Below are positions 55,501 through 63,715 of a stretch of 64,000 nucleotides of DNA, piece by piece. The stretch covers positions 1 through 64,000 of IMG/VR virus record IMGVR_UViG_3300045999_010308; one strand, given 5' to 3'. This DNA is from an uncultured virus (IMG/VR IMGVR_UViG_3300045999_010308) (Duplodnaviria > Heunggongvirae > Uroviricota > Caudoviricetes). Positions within the stretch are counted from its first letter, which is position 1. Each line of letters starts with the position of its first letter. The position numbers and the translations under genes were made by a program. The notes beneath the pieces were generated by a model. It did no database searches. It saw only the letters and a list, made by a program, of their open reading frames with translations, and was not told where the DNA came from.

Positions 55501-58500
55501 TCTATATTCTGAATTATCTTGCTTGCCGATTTTACCTGTTTATTTGGTTCGGGTTCGGGATCAGATGAAGCAACAGGTCGGTTGATAGGGGGTTTAGGAG
55601 GTTGCCCATCTGCACCACCTGTAGATGCTTCTGTCCAAGGATCAGGAATTGAACCAAGATTAATAGCAGGCGGTAAAGCTTTCTGTTTAAATTCCTTAAT
55701 AGTTTTAGCATAAATTTCTTCCGCTTTTTTAGCTGAACGTTTTGTCATTTCTTTTAAAAATAACTCTTCAGACTTTTTAGCAGATTCTGCTAACATTTTT
55801 TCAATTTTATTAGTAGATTGCCCAGATTCTTTTAATACTTGAACCTTTTTTTCTACAATAGAAGACGGTGTATAAAGAGGAAGTTCTTCTTCTGTCTTTT
55901 CTGTTTTTATTTTGTTGTTACCTAGTGTTTCAGTGGATGCTATAACAGGAACTAGCTGTTGTGTACTAGCTTTTTTCTGCGCTTCATGATTTGTCCATAA
56001 TTTTGCCCATGCTTCTTTTTCTGCTTTATGTTTACGAGTACGTTCCGCATCTTTCTCAGACAGTTCTCGTATTTTTGCAGTATATTTAGATGCTTCAGTT
56101 AATGCTTTATTAGTAGCTTTTCTATTTGCTTCATTTTCGGCTTCTAACGCTAGTCTTTGGTTAATAGCTTTTTGATTGACTTGAGAAATAGATTGACTTT
56201 GATATGAAACGCCTTGTATTTTTTCTTGCCCTAATTGGATGTCCCCAATAAAAGTATTTGATGATTGTTTTTGATACGCTTCTATTTGATGAGGAAAAAA
56301 CGGATCGATGTTTACAGGATTTTTAGTTGCCAAATAACGATTTTCTATCATATTTTTAGCAATGATAGCCATCGTCGCTTGTAAGTCTTTTTCTTTTGAC
56401 TTAATTCCTTTAATTTCACCTTCAACTATATTTTTTCCTACTTTTTCAAATTCTTTAGAAGGCGACTGTATTTTATTGATTTGTTTGGTTATTTCTAGTG
56501 GAATAGAGGCAATGTCTATTGAAACAGTCTCAAGTTCTGCTAATTTACTATTTAATCCTTGTACTAATCCAGAGACAATACTAGAACCAGTATCAGTCAT
56601 TTCTGGTATTACTTGAGATTTAACGTCAATAGCGTCAAGAATTTCTTTATTTACACCTAATTTTTTTAAATCATAAATAGGATTAACATTTTCGGCAGAT
56701 TCTTTAAGTTGAGTAAGGTTCCCTTTTAATGACGCTAATGGATGCCCAAATCTTTCGTTTTTTGGCACTTTAGCTAATAAATTATTAACTCGATCAATAG
56801 CATCTTGAGACGCTTTTCTTAAAGTGTTAGCATTTTGAATAACATAGGAAACTTCGCGTTGAACGTCTTCAATTCTAAGGTTTTTAGCAATTGTCTGTTT
56901 ATCAATCTTGCTTAACTGTGGAGGGGTCGGTATTTTGGCTTCTGGATTGTTGGTCTGCTCGTATTTAATTAATGCTTGCTCGTATTCTGTTTGTTTTTTA
57001 AGAAATGATTCTCGTTTTTTTTCTGGTAATAAATTTAGATAATTTGAATTAACACCACTACCGAACATTTTTAATTGAGGTGTTACTCCTGTTAATTGAG
57101 TTTGTATATCTTTTGTTAATGAAGAAATAATTGATCCTAAGAGTGTAGGATCAATTATTTCTTCTGGCTGAAATTGTGCAACACGCTCAAGTAATTTTTT
57201 AACAATTTCTTTAGGCACATTTTCTGTGATTTTAGTAATTTTTAATGCAATTTTTGCTAATTGTTCTTTTGGTACAAGAGTATCTATATTTGTTATGTCT
57301 ATTTTAGAAAAATCCCGTAAAATAGGATCGTTTTGTAGTCTTTTGCTTTGTTTTATCCTTGCCTGTAAGTTTTTTAAATTTTGATTTATTTTATTTTGAG
57401 ATTGTATTGCGGGTGAATCATCATATTCAGCGTTTTGGGCTTCTTTTTGAAGTTGCTCTAAATCTTGTTGAATTAACTCGCTTCCAACAATTATAGATTT
57501 AGCGTATTGAATAGCTTGTGAAATACTATGCTGAAATAAATTATCGAACGTACCTAAAGTAGTTGTCAATCTTTGTTCAATCTGTTTACTTATTTGAGTA
57601 ACTTGTTCATTCTGTTTTAAATTAAATTTTAAGTTTGGCTCAACAATTTTTCTAGAAGAAATTTGCGCTACTAAACGATTACCTTCTCCTTCAGGAACAA
57701 ACCCAAATCGTTGATAAATTGATCCCCGTCTTTTTCCTTTTTGATCTGCATTTTCTGGCGATGCAGTTAATATAGCTTCATTAGTATTGCTTACAAACTT
57801 ATTAAAAAACTCAGACACAGAGTTTTTTAGCTGAATTACTTCTTTTTTTGTTAATTGCGCTGCATCCCCTAGACTAGAAAACTGAGAATCTAGAGAAAAA
57901 GCAATTTCATAAATATCTTGCCCAACACCAGGCATTGATTGTTTTGGTGTGGCTGTAAATCCGATCACTCGACCACCTACATTGTCGGTTCCAATATATT
58001 TACCTTCATCGTTAACAAAAAATGATTTATGATTTTCTCTTGCAATTAATCTAAATCCTTGTTCAATAATTTTTTGCTCTGATACTGCTTGCTTTAAAGC
58101 TCCGATAAATTCTGCGCTACTTCCCTCTAAAGCTTTTTGAGTTTTCAAAAGAGAGTGAGATTGTTTAATAATTTGTAAAAAATCTTTTCCACTAAAAGCA
58201 ATTGTTATTTTTAATAAATCTGCTAAATCTTTAGTAAGCTCACCTAAGTCATTTTCGGAAGATATAAGGTTTAATAACTCTGTTAGTGAAGTTATTGCTT
58301 TTTGAGATGCTTCTGGAAATTTTGAAAATTCGCCACTTCCTAAAACACTGAGCATATTTTGAAAACTTGCTATCGAATTATCTATAGATTTTTGAGTATA
58401 AGGATTATTATTAGAAACTCCTATCTTGGTTTGTATTTTTTGGAAAGTTTCTGATGCAGTTAATATTCGTTCTCCAATCGGTTTATCTCTGCCTGTTATT

Positions 58501-59204
58501 TTATCTATTTTTATTTGTAAAGTATCAACAAGTTTATTTAATACTGGTTGAACAAACTGTACAGAACTAGCAGTTATATTTCCAGTTTTTTGCCCAGCGG
58601 ATTCAAAGTTAAACCCAGTTTTTTTAGTAAAACTTTGTTCAAATCCTTGACTAAAACTTTTAGTCAAATTAAATCCAATTCCTTGTATTAAAGAATTGCT
58701 TATAGTTCCAATAGCTGTAGGCTTTAATCTAGAAACAGATTTAACAACTTCTTTAATTTCTTTTGTAACCGCTTTAATTTCTGTTAATAATTCAAGATTT
58801 GCATTTTTGATAGATACTTCTACTTTTTGTTTAATCTCATTAGAATATTTTTGGCTAGAACCTTTAGATTGAACTGATGCCTGAACTATAACTGTTTTGT
58901 TTGCTATTTCTTGTAGTTCACTGTCATCAACTTTAATCCTGATAACTTTTTTACTAACTCGATCAATGTGTTTTTCTTTTTCTGATAAATGTTTATTTAA
59001 ACCATGCAATGGGCGATGATCTACTACTGGAACAATTGTTAACTTAGGAATACTTTGCTTAAGAGACCATTCTATGTCTCTAGTGATTTTTTGGGCATGA
59101 TCTTCTAAAGAAGAAAGCTGGTCTTTAGCCGATTTGATACCGCTATCATATTGGGCTGTATTTAGCCCTAGACCGATTTCTAAAGTACCAAGTGATAAAG
59201 ACAT
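49497..59204 (-). CDS. tape measure protein with M23 peptidase and lytic transglycosylase domains
   Basis: likely ATG at 59204 (MSLSLGTL); tape-measure motif QIASKGRVSMEEL..QLGE; HRGVD/HLHL M23; ESSF/GAMGLSQLMP SLT. Confidence 0.92.
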   Translation of the reverse strand: MSLSLGTLEIGLGLNTAQYDSGIKSAKDQLSSLEDHAQKITRDIEWSLKQSIPKLTIVPVVDHRPLHGLNKHLSEKEKHIDRVSKKVIRIKVDDSELQEIANKTVIVQASVQSKGSSQKYSNEIKQKVEVSIKNANLELLTEIKAVTKEIKEVVKSVSRLKPTAIGTISNSLIQGIGFNLTKSFSQGFEQSFTKKTGFNFESAGQKTGNITASSVQFVQPVLNKLVDTLQIKIDKITGRDKPIGERILTASETFQKIQTKIGVSNNNPYTQKSIDNSIASFQNMLSVLGSGEFSKFPEASQKAITSLTELLNLISSENDLGELTKDLADLLKITIAFSGKDFLQIIKQSHSLLKTQKALEGSSAEFIGALKQAVSEQKIIEQGFRLIARENHKSFFVNDEGKYIGTDNVGGRVIGFTATPKQSMPGVGQDIYEIAFSLDSQFSSLGDAAQLTKKEVIQLKNSVSEFFNKFVSNTNEAILTASPENADQKGKRRGSIYQRFGFVPEGEGNRLVAQISSRKIVEPNLKFNLKQNEQVTQISKQIEQRLTTTLGTFDNLFQHSISQAIQYAKSIIVGSELIQQDLEQLQKEAQNAEYDDSPAIQSQNKINQNLKNLQARIKQSKRLQNDPILRDFSKIDITNIDTLVPKEQLAKIALKITKITENVPKEIVKKLLERVAQFQPEEIIDPTLLGSIISSLTKDIQTQLTGVTPQLKMFGSGVNSNYLNLLPEKKRESFLKKQTEYEQALIKYEQTNNPEAKIPTPPQLSKIDKQTIAKNLRIEDVQREVSYVIQNANTLRKASQDAIDRVNNLLAKVPKNERFGHPLASLKGNLTQLKESAENVNPIYDLKKLGVNKEILDAIDVKSQVIPEMTDTGSSIVSGLVQGLNSKLAELETVSIDIASIPLEITKQINKIQSPSKEFEKVGKNIVEGEIKGIKSKEKDLQATMAIIAKNMIENRYLATKNPVNIDPFFPHQIEAYQKQSSNTFIGDIQLGQEKIQGVSYQSQSISQVNQKAINQRLALEAENEANRKATNKALTEASKYTAKIRELSEKDAERTRKHKAEKEAWAKLWTNHEAQKKASTQQLVPVIASTETLGNNKIKTEKTEEELPLYTPSSIVEKKVQVLKESGQSTNKIEKMLAESAKKSEELFLKEMTKRSAKKAEEIYAKTIKEFKQKALPPAINLGSIPDPWTEASTGGADGQPPKPPINRPVASSDPEPEPNKQVKSASKIIQNIDNPTQLQKIGKAFEAIKNQLNNLPEPIKRVLLGARTLLSAFAGFQILQQAGVFFRQFTTDSFQAALNMERLETVLNFSTGNAESSLAKLKIQADRLGISFLSSAKNYQQFSASVINTPLEFQKDKIFEGITLGLATRGASSQQQDRALLAITQIASKGRVSMEELNSQLGEAMPGALQIAARSMGLTSQEFIKLVESGSILAEDLLPKLATQINLESAGGLSVIDDTAFAQVARVQNQIELLRISLGESLLNASKLGLPLITKGLEILTKNGQSLATVLTSIGVVSAGGFIMVLKNIGLIDLGLKALGVTAASTRGAISQIGVGLLKGLGWTALIYGVMEAFKELYQYINAGSEESKRSLKSTQESLQELRRLLEKPLPTPKASTVITDSATAIQRFKNNRERDKSLEFTAGGLIDTTQILRLSTDTFSDTKITEFTGKLDTLRQKAKDLKIDEIIASGDADIKKATSVRQEIAKVNQEIQALTEKYFPQIGLIVNEIASTEERITAIKKVLDDPESSNSQKDNASIQLEITEVQLRKLKESQEKYNEAVKENLVNYQQLTEQINKVARALSNIEFVSSGRTILSETDIKRQVLSGNLKPFEIDLTVREQSLSIVKDQFNSLNGLLATKEKELQNTLTDQINQRITELMPELNGIDFRTALQQGSVSPEAIGDRLQQLGDQSPFELKQVLETAKQQASIRRQTLTIDKSIVDTELEIANARRERARNARQASIVGANVNERIATLRQLPFGGPAASYRDALSEVRNQERLLGEAYRRLESASDDPNVIQQEVDNTRLALEQARANLLQQQTSLQDYYRNLDRQIIDFNRQIDDYRRQIEDAQLSAFKENRSLSESYSDLVRELDKNLLNAQNQLLDTTDRIRVQQVKNRLLIPGTSDAGKELGDIFLEFVQGQADLASRGRTFQSRTEEIETSYISTLRNIRNLQEQQQDAERNRLRTIEDIKRTQENLNRTLADLIRQTNKELGFIPQSIKDIVTNLNTLPEPIKLINSELVAIPPNIKTSGEDLVKSIEETAEAIRKAKEGLILPAPGNFAPAPVWNGGGFLPPPQSLKGRNNFRQTFNGSEFKNIPRNIFVYPVPNGQITGDQGDQHRGVDVFAPVGTPVLNIRSGRIVSAGPGGTINKEDSNPSLPGYQNQHSIKIQFDIPIVVDGKTLTHAYYTHLTDLAQNFQVGQQVKEGVVLGGVGMAGGAPHLHLGLSETANFRGRSALSNRDTLRVFDAIANQQKNTVSSGFPKVPFASLIEGAARQVGIDPLLFAALIKKESSFHHMDPDHPTQIHKSSAGAMGLSQLMPGTAEELGVNPLNPTENLIGGATYLARMLERFNGNIELAISAYKAGPGNVRNGQLAKGTVEDVKIVMQYYREFLRQFRRNQGGPEYSSPPPIAQLPTLPNQNQDNFWDADLPPVLKDNPINFQSPNLLPVPNLPTGNLDAAADQIRKAEIANQNAEEFSRRLEEQQNLNNALDRSMKFRRQQEEDARGLERTLRDASENVADLTINSKGYLTVQEEINKSATEVSRQYRSQIESLQDQRRTLLLNADAQKKYSDAIKEILGEFQEKGIALPPEFVKEMTDSIEVLAKNAESAKEQVTILDQAIERLGKNQGVATLEASFRKTRDTVRSIRDRLNDLTVQRMKLENQSRPTLFDDSAILAERISLQKEKEELEDYLEPYKNLPQYAEYVANIRSEWEKLAELRLERAELDASPNRGAAESFFSDIREGKGIGSAFSSLGLNIMTKFVEGITKPAIDVLTSAIDGFIKPITQAFESVFNAIIGPVGNFFTNALNSIFKPVGNIFSSIFGGGGGGGLFNSLFSGITGIFSGGLGSIGSLGSIGASSFASVPASAFSLGTGFSLFSDGGKVGDANVPIEKNIISAFQRERSMSGGRKPRLIVANEDELVLNPKETEAYLEYRNNAPIKNYANGGFVGGKPNYSTTSNTNSSNQSLVINNTNNVTVESRNDMGYSLNQLKERENAQNERTKKRFFG

Positions 59205-59662
59205 TAGCTTTTCTCCCCTATTAATTGAATTATTTCGTCGTATAGTCCGCAATCAACTATTATCTGAGTGGCGAAGACTGGCACTTGGCCAGCTTGCATA
59301 GCTTCTAACAGAATTTGAGCGGTTTCTTGATCAAGAAAATATTTTTTATTTTCTTTAAACTGGTAAGGCAGAAAATCATTGGGTTTTGGAGGTTGAGACT
59401 GTGATTTTTCTTTTGATTGTGCTATTAGGTAGGCGTGAACCATGGCGGCAATTTGACTAACCGTAGCCGATAGTGAATTAATTTCTTCACATTTGACTTT
59501 TTGAATCCCTGAATATTTTTTTAGGATTAACCAGTCTGGCCACTCTTCCCACTCCTCGATAGGCAATCCCCATGCACACCATTTGTAATAGATTTCTTCC
59601 CAATTAATGGGGTTAGCGATTGCCTCTAACCGCGCATTAATTGCGTCATCTATTCGTTTTTT
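59204..59662 (-). CDS. tail assembly chaperone C-terminal (gpT-like) frame, reached by -1 frameshift
   Basis: frame of the 120-aa ORF is open back to the A AAA AAC slippery site at 59656-59662. Confidence 0.75.
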   Translation of the reverse strand, partial: KKRIDDAINARLEAIANPINWEEIYYKWCAWGLPIEEWEEWPDWLILKKYSGIQKVKCEEINSLSATVSQIAAMVHAYLIAQSKEKSQSQPPKPNDFLPYQFKENKKYFLDQETAQILLEAMQAGQVPVFATQIIVDCGLYDEIIQLIGEKS

Positions 59663-60438
59663 TCGTCATCCTCCGTTGATTCTGATTCTGATTTTTCAGG
59701 CTCTGGTTTCTCAGTTTCTGGGTTTTGCCACTGAGTTATGTCTTGCCAGAGATAGTCTTGATAGAGTTTTACTACCATAAATTGAGACATATCATTAATG
59801 TCTTGTATGGTAAAATCAACAGAAGATTTATTATCTTTAAGTTTAACTACCCGTCGAGGACTACCTAGAAAGTTAGCTAACAAGGCTTTATTGTAAGTTT
59901 CATAGGTTGTTTCCCGATCCTTAAATAAAGCGTTTAATTCATCGAGATAAGGCTCTACAAGTTCTATAGATTCTCTTGCTAGTTCTCTTGTTTTTTTACG
60001 GTTGCTTAAAATCGATTGCTGTACAATAGCGGCGGTTTCTACTTTTTGTTCTACGCTGTCAGATTTTACCCCGTCAAGGGCATCAACCATGACCTGTTCA
60101 ATCCGTTCTCGGATCGAACCGTCGTTAACTACTACTCCTTCAATTTCAGCAGTGGATAGTCCCGTTTTTTGTCCGATAGCTTTAATTTTCTCAAGATAAG
60201 CTTTGTCAGCTTTTTCCCGTGCCTCTAAGTATTCCTTGACTGTTTCATTTTCCTTTGGATTAATTCCGTATCGTTTTAAAAACTTGATTCCAATCTCTCC
60301 ATTTTCTTCAGTGGCAATTGTATCTATCTTTTCTAATAAAGCATCATTGTCTTGGATATAATAAAGCCACTCTTTTTTTAAAGGAAAAAAGAATGTTTCA
60401 TTAAATTTCAATTTGCCCAATACGCTTAACTTCGCCAT
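59650..60438 (-). CDS. tail assembly chaperone (gpG-like)
   Basis: position between tail tube and tape measure; slippery site before the stop. Confidence 0.75.
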   Translation of the reverse strand: MAKLSVLGKLKFNETFFFPLKKEWLYYIQDNDALLEKIDTIATEENGEIGIKFLKRYGINPKENETVKEYLEAREKADKAYLEKIKAIGQKTGLSTAEIEGVVVNDGSIRERIEQVMVDALDGVKSDSVEQKVETAAIVQQSILSNRKKTRELARESIELVEPYLDELNALFKDRETTYETYNKALLANFLGSPRRVVKLKDNKSSVDFTIQDINDMSQFMVVKLYQDYLWQDITQWQNPETEKPEPEKSESESTEDDEKNE

Positions 60439-60694
60439 TTATTTTTACCTTTTGATTTCTTTTTGCACTTTGTTCAGTATTGAGCCACAGAGGATCAATG
60501 ATCACAGATACCTGTATTCTTTCTTGGTTTTTTGTTCCGTCTGGTGGTTCGATTAATATCTTTTCTTGTTGACTTATTTCTCGATCAAACGTACCGAAAG
60601 AAAACCAGAGGTAATTATTGATTATTCTAGAATTGACTAACATTACCTCTTGGTCTTCATCAACAAGGAGTTTAACTATTTTAATTGAGGTCAT
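60401..60694 (-). CDS. hypothetical tail-module protein
   Basis: overlapping ORF in tail operon. Confidence 0.5.
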   Translation of the reverse strand: MTSIKIVKLLVDEDQEVMLVNSRIINNYLWFSFGTFDREISQQEKILIEPPDGTKNQERIQVSVIIDPLWLNTEQSAKRNQKVKINGEVKRIGQIEI

Positions 60695-61421
60695 CGGCTA
60701 CATTAGGAGAGAATGGCGACGTTGCCATCGGTTTAATGTCAAACACATTGCCACTAATAGTTAGAGTTACGTTTCCTTGTAGGAAATTGCCTTTTTCACC
60801 ACTAACATTTTGGCTAACATTTGTCTGGAACCCTAAACCTCCGCGCTGTCCCATATAGACAATTTCGAGGTAAATTCGCTCACCTTTTTGCTCTGCGGCC
60901 TTTACGATTTCATATCCAGGATCACCAAATACAAGCGGACCCGATACCGACCCAGTACTCATGATCTCAGAGATAAATTTCTCCACCGCCATTTCACCAA
61001 AGACGGAATCAGTAACCTCAGTAGAGGAGGTGTCAACGTTAAAGGTCTTGGCGCTCAAAAAAGGAACCCAAGATTTAATCGTGCATTTTTGAGCGGGAGT
61101 ACCAACAGCAGCAGCAATTTTGGAAGGTTCGATCTGGATTGCTGTCTGAGTTAGCGTCGTCGTTTTTGTTCGGACGATCACATAATCACCGGCAGTCCCC
61201 ACATAAATTAAAGTGCCAGCATATAAAAGGCGACCAAAACCCCCAGTCGCTACGGTAAGAGTGGTATCACCTAAGACGATTGCGGAAGCTAAATCGGCTA
61301 CTCGTGTGGGAGGTTCTTGTCCAAATCCGTAAGCACCAGAAATAAAAAATTGCGTATCACGGCTAGGGGTGAGGTTGTCACTCCGATTCAACTCTAAAAT
61401 CTGATTGGACATTCTAATCAC
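60681..61421 (-). CDS. major tail tube protein
   Basis: synteny; GSVSG....DPGY...; G...V....G......V.LTISG. Confidence 0.65.
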   Translation of the reverse strand: MIRMSNQILELNRSDNLTPSRDTQFFISGAYGFGQEPPTRVADLASAIVLGDTTLTVATGGFGRLLYAGTLIYVGTAGDYVIVRTKTTTLTQTAIQIEPSKIAAAVGTPAQKCTIKSWVPFLSAKTFNVDTSSTEVTDSVFGEMAVEKFISEIMSTGSVSGPLVFGDPGYEIVKAAEQKGERIYLEIVYMGQRGGLGFQTNVSQNVSGEKGNFLQGNVTLTISGNVFDIKPMATSPFSPNVADDLN

Positions 61422-61474
61422 TGACTAAACTTTTCTAGTTATATTGTACTATAAAAGATTAGTAAATGTGTACT

Positions 61475-61924
61475 CTAGAAGTCTAAAAGCCTAGCAGTAG
61501 TGATTTTAAAGGTCACTTTTGGTCTGATAATCCCCTCGGAGGTTTTGGTATAGGGGGTTAGGCGAGGCTGATCTAGAAAATTCCAGTAGCGAGAAGATTT
61601 AAGTCTCTCGATCACCGGTGTTAAGGATTTCTCTAGATTGTACTGTTTTAGGGTAATGCAATAGTTATTTATACCTACGGTATATCCTAGTAAATTTTCG
61701 TGATAAGGATTAGGCTCTCTTTGAATAATTGCTTCGATGCCGCTATTAGGTTTTACTTTATAGTTAGGGGGTAATTCAGGAGGCTCTACCCAAATAGCAT
61801 CAATTTCTTTTAAATTTTGCCCTGTAGGGCTTGTTATTTCGTATTTACCTAAGTCAGTACCGATAAGTATCTTTAAATTGTTTCTAATACCTAATAAAAT
61901 ATTTCTTAATTCTGATTCACTCAT
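61475..61924 (-). CDS. putative tail terminator/completion protein
   Basis: synteny upstream of tail tube. Confidence 0.45.
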   Translation of the reverse strand: MSESELRNILLGIRNNLKILIGTDLGKYEITSPTGQNLKEIDAIWVEPPELPPNYKVKPNSGIEAIIQREPNPYHENLLGYTVGINNYCITLKQYNLEKSLTPVIERLKSSRYWNFLDQPRLTPYTKTSEGIIRPKVTFKITTARLLDF

Positions 61925-62315
61925 TTAATTTTTCCTTTAAGATTTCACTATAAGCCTCAATTGGATTATAGTCTTCTATAGCCGTGTCGATAAATGGGCG
62001 GGCGGGAACATCTGTCACCGTCCCATCGTTACGCTCTATTTGATACCCTTCATGGACAAGAGCGGCATGATCAGCCGTGTAACCGATTACTTTATAGGTA
62101 TCCGATACATCTTCAATAAATTGGCTATTTTTTAGCTCACCTGTATCTACAATGTCCCGGGGTGAGCCAACTACACCGCCATTTTTTCGTACAGTCTCCC
62201 GTGGCCAGTTCCATTTAGTATCTTTTATCTGAAAGTTAATCTCTTGGGCAAATTCGCCCACCATTTCATTAAAAGACTCAATGGCTAATTGTCTTCCTAG
62301 ATTCCAGTTAATCAT
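61917..62315 (-). CDS. HK97 gp10-like neck/tail completion protein
   Basis: VDTGELKNS...Y.A.VHEG...PARPFI. Confidence 0.75.
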   Translation of the reverse strand: MINWNLGRQLAIESFNEMVGEFAQEINFQIKDTKWNWPRETVRKNGGVVGSPRDIVDTGELKNSQFIEDVSDTYKVIGYTADHAALVHEGYQIERNDGTVTDVPARPFIDTAIEDYNPIEAYSEILKEKLNE

Positions 62316-62408
62316 TAAAAAATAGCTGTAAGGATAACTTACAGCTATTATAGCAACTTTAGACTAACCGATTACGGATAGTCAACTCTTATGTCTCGTG
62401 GTGAGATA

Positions 62409-62777
62409 TTAATTTATCATTAAAGACTCAAACAATTCTTTAAATTTAACGTTTCTCCATCCTTTTTGAATTTTAAAAAAAACTTGTAACTCACCGTTAA
62501 TACATTCTGTGGTTTGTTTACCAATAGTTTCTATGCCTTGAGTTAAAGAATCCGAAAAAGTGTTACATTCTTGCGTGTAAGTTTTTTGAATAAACCACTG
62601 CCCGCAATTGCAGTTTTTCTCGTCTATTATGTATCTTACCTGAAAAGATACATATTCTACGCCATGATAATTAATATCTGCCGAGAAACTTGAGCAACTT
62701 TTCCAAAACTTACATTCTCTTTCACTTGGACTAAGAACGTTCAAAACTTGTTCTTGAAACTCTTGAAATGATAGCAT
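62409..62777 (-). CDS. hypothetical protein
   Basis: likely start MLSFQEF with GGAG RBS; the longer ORF-track call overlaps the FGE gene. Confidence 0.5.
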   Translation of the reverse strand: MLSFQEFQEQVLNVLSPSERECKFWKSCSSFSADINYHGVEYVSFQVRYIIDEKNCNCGQWFIQKTYTQECNTFSDSLTQGIETIGKQTTECINGELQVFFKIQKGWRNVKFKELFESLMIN

Positions 62778-62824
62778 AATTACTCCCGTTGATTCGTTGC
62801 TGACAACTGATAACTGATAACTGA

Positions 62825-63460
62825 CTAATTGTCGCAGACAACTCGAAAACCGAGGCTGAAGTTGAAGCGGAAGCCGGGGAAGAGCCAGAAACGAACCGCA
62901 CTGCGACAGTACCTCGGATTGATGAACCAAGAACCGCCGCGCAGACAACTATCTTCGCACCACTCCCAAACATTACCACTCATGTCATACAGTCCCCAAC
63001 CATTGGGCTTTTTCTGTCCTACGGGATGAGTTGTGTCATTAGAATTTTCGCTATACCAAGCATAATCTCTTAACTGATTAGCATCATCACCAAAATAATA
63101 TGTAGTAGTTGTACCTGCTCGACAAGCATATTCCCATTCCGCTTCTGTGGGTAGGCGATAGGTTTTACCGGTTATTCGACTCAATTTCTGACAAAAAGCT
63201 CTAGCATCGTCCCAACTAACCTGTTCTACCGGATTTTGGGGATTATTTTTAAAGTGAGAGGGATTGGTTCCCATTACTGCTTGATATTGTTCCTGAGTCA
63301 CCGGATATTTGCCAATCGCAAAACTGTTGACTTTAACTTGGTGTGAAGGCTTTTGATGATTTTGAACATCGGGATCACTATCAGGAGAGCCTATGAGAAA
63401 CTCACCTGCTGGTAAGTTCACCATTTCTAATGCGACTTGATTGGGTAGTTTTTCGGTCAT
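62825..63460 (-). CDS. FGE-sulfatase (CLec-fold) protein, probable DGR target
   Basis: RLPTEAEWEYACRAG, GLYDMSGNVWEW, RGGSW...GFRVV with NNC-codon variable region. Confidence 0.9.
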   Translation of the reverse strand: MTEKLPNQVALEMVNLPAGEFLIGSPDSDPDVQNHQKPSHQVKVNSFAIGKYPVTQEQYQAVMGTNPSHFKNNPQNPVEQVSWDDARAFCQKLSRITGKTYRLPTEAEWEYACRAGTTTTYYFGDDANQLRDYAWYSENSNDTTHPVGQKKPNGWGLYDMSGNVWEWCEDSCLRGGSWFINPRYCRSAVRFWLFPGFRFNFSLGFRVVCDN

Positions 63461-63517
63461 CGTGAACTCCTTTGGTTTTTTGGTATATACCTATAATGAC
63501 AGGTATATGTTTGTATG

Positions 63518-63715
63518 TCAAGTGTTTTTTTGTTTTTTTTTCAGCCGATAACGACGACATCTTTCGGCGTTAGTCATTGAATCAGGGTGGGAGGGTTTTC
63601 CTGCCGGATTACCAGTAAAATGATGATTGCAATCCTTACATCGGTATCTCTGTTTTCCTGACACAGAGAACCCTTTTTTAGAGATTCTCTGTGATTGGCA
63701 TTTAGGACATTGCAT
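63518..63715 (-). CDS. small InsA-like Zn-ribbon protein
   Basis: CPKC...GKQRYRCKDC plus MTNAER.RRYR tail. Confidence 0.6.
   Translation of the reverse strand: MQCPKCQSQRISKKGFSVSGKQRYRCKDCNHHFTGNPAGKPSHPDSMTNAERCRRYRLKKKQKNT

Noticed and set aside
49714..56616. Multiple + strand ORFs opposite the tape measure (and similar ones opposite nrdA, helicase, primase, tail genes)
   Set aside because: Antisense shadow frames without RBS or recognisable motifs
62731..63029. Overlapping ORFs 62731..62979, 62829..63029 and the 5' extension of 62409..62948
   Set aside because: Alternative frames of the GC-rich variable region of the FGE gene
63518..63715. IS1 element
   Set aside because: Only an InsA-like Zn ribbon; no InsB or terminal inverted repeats seen
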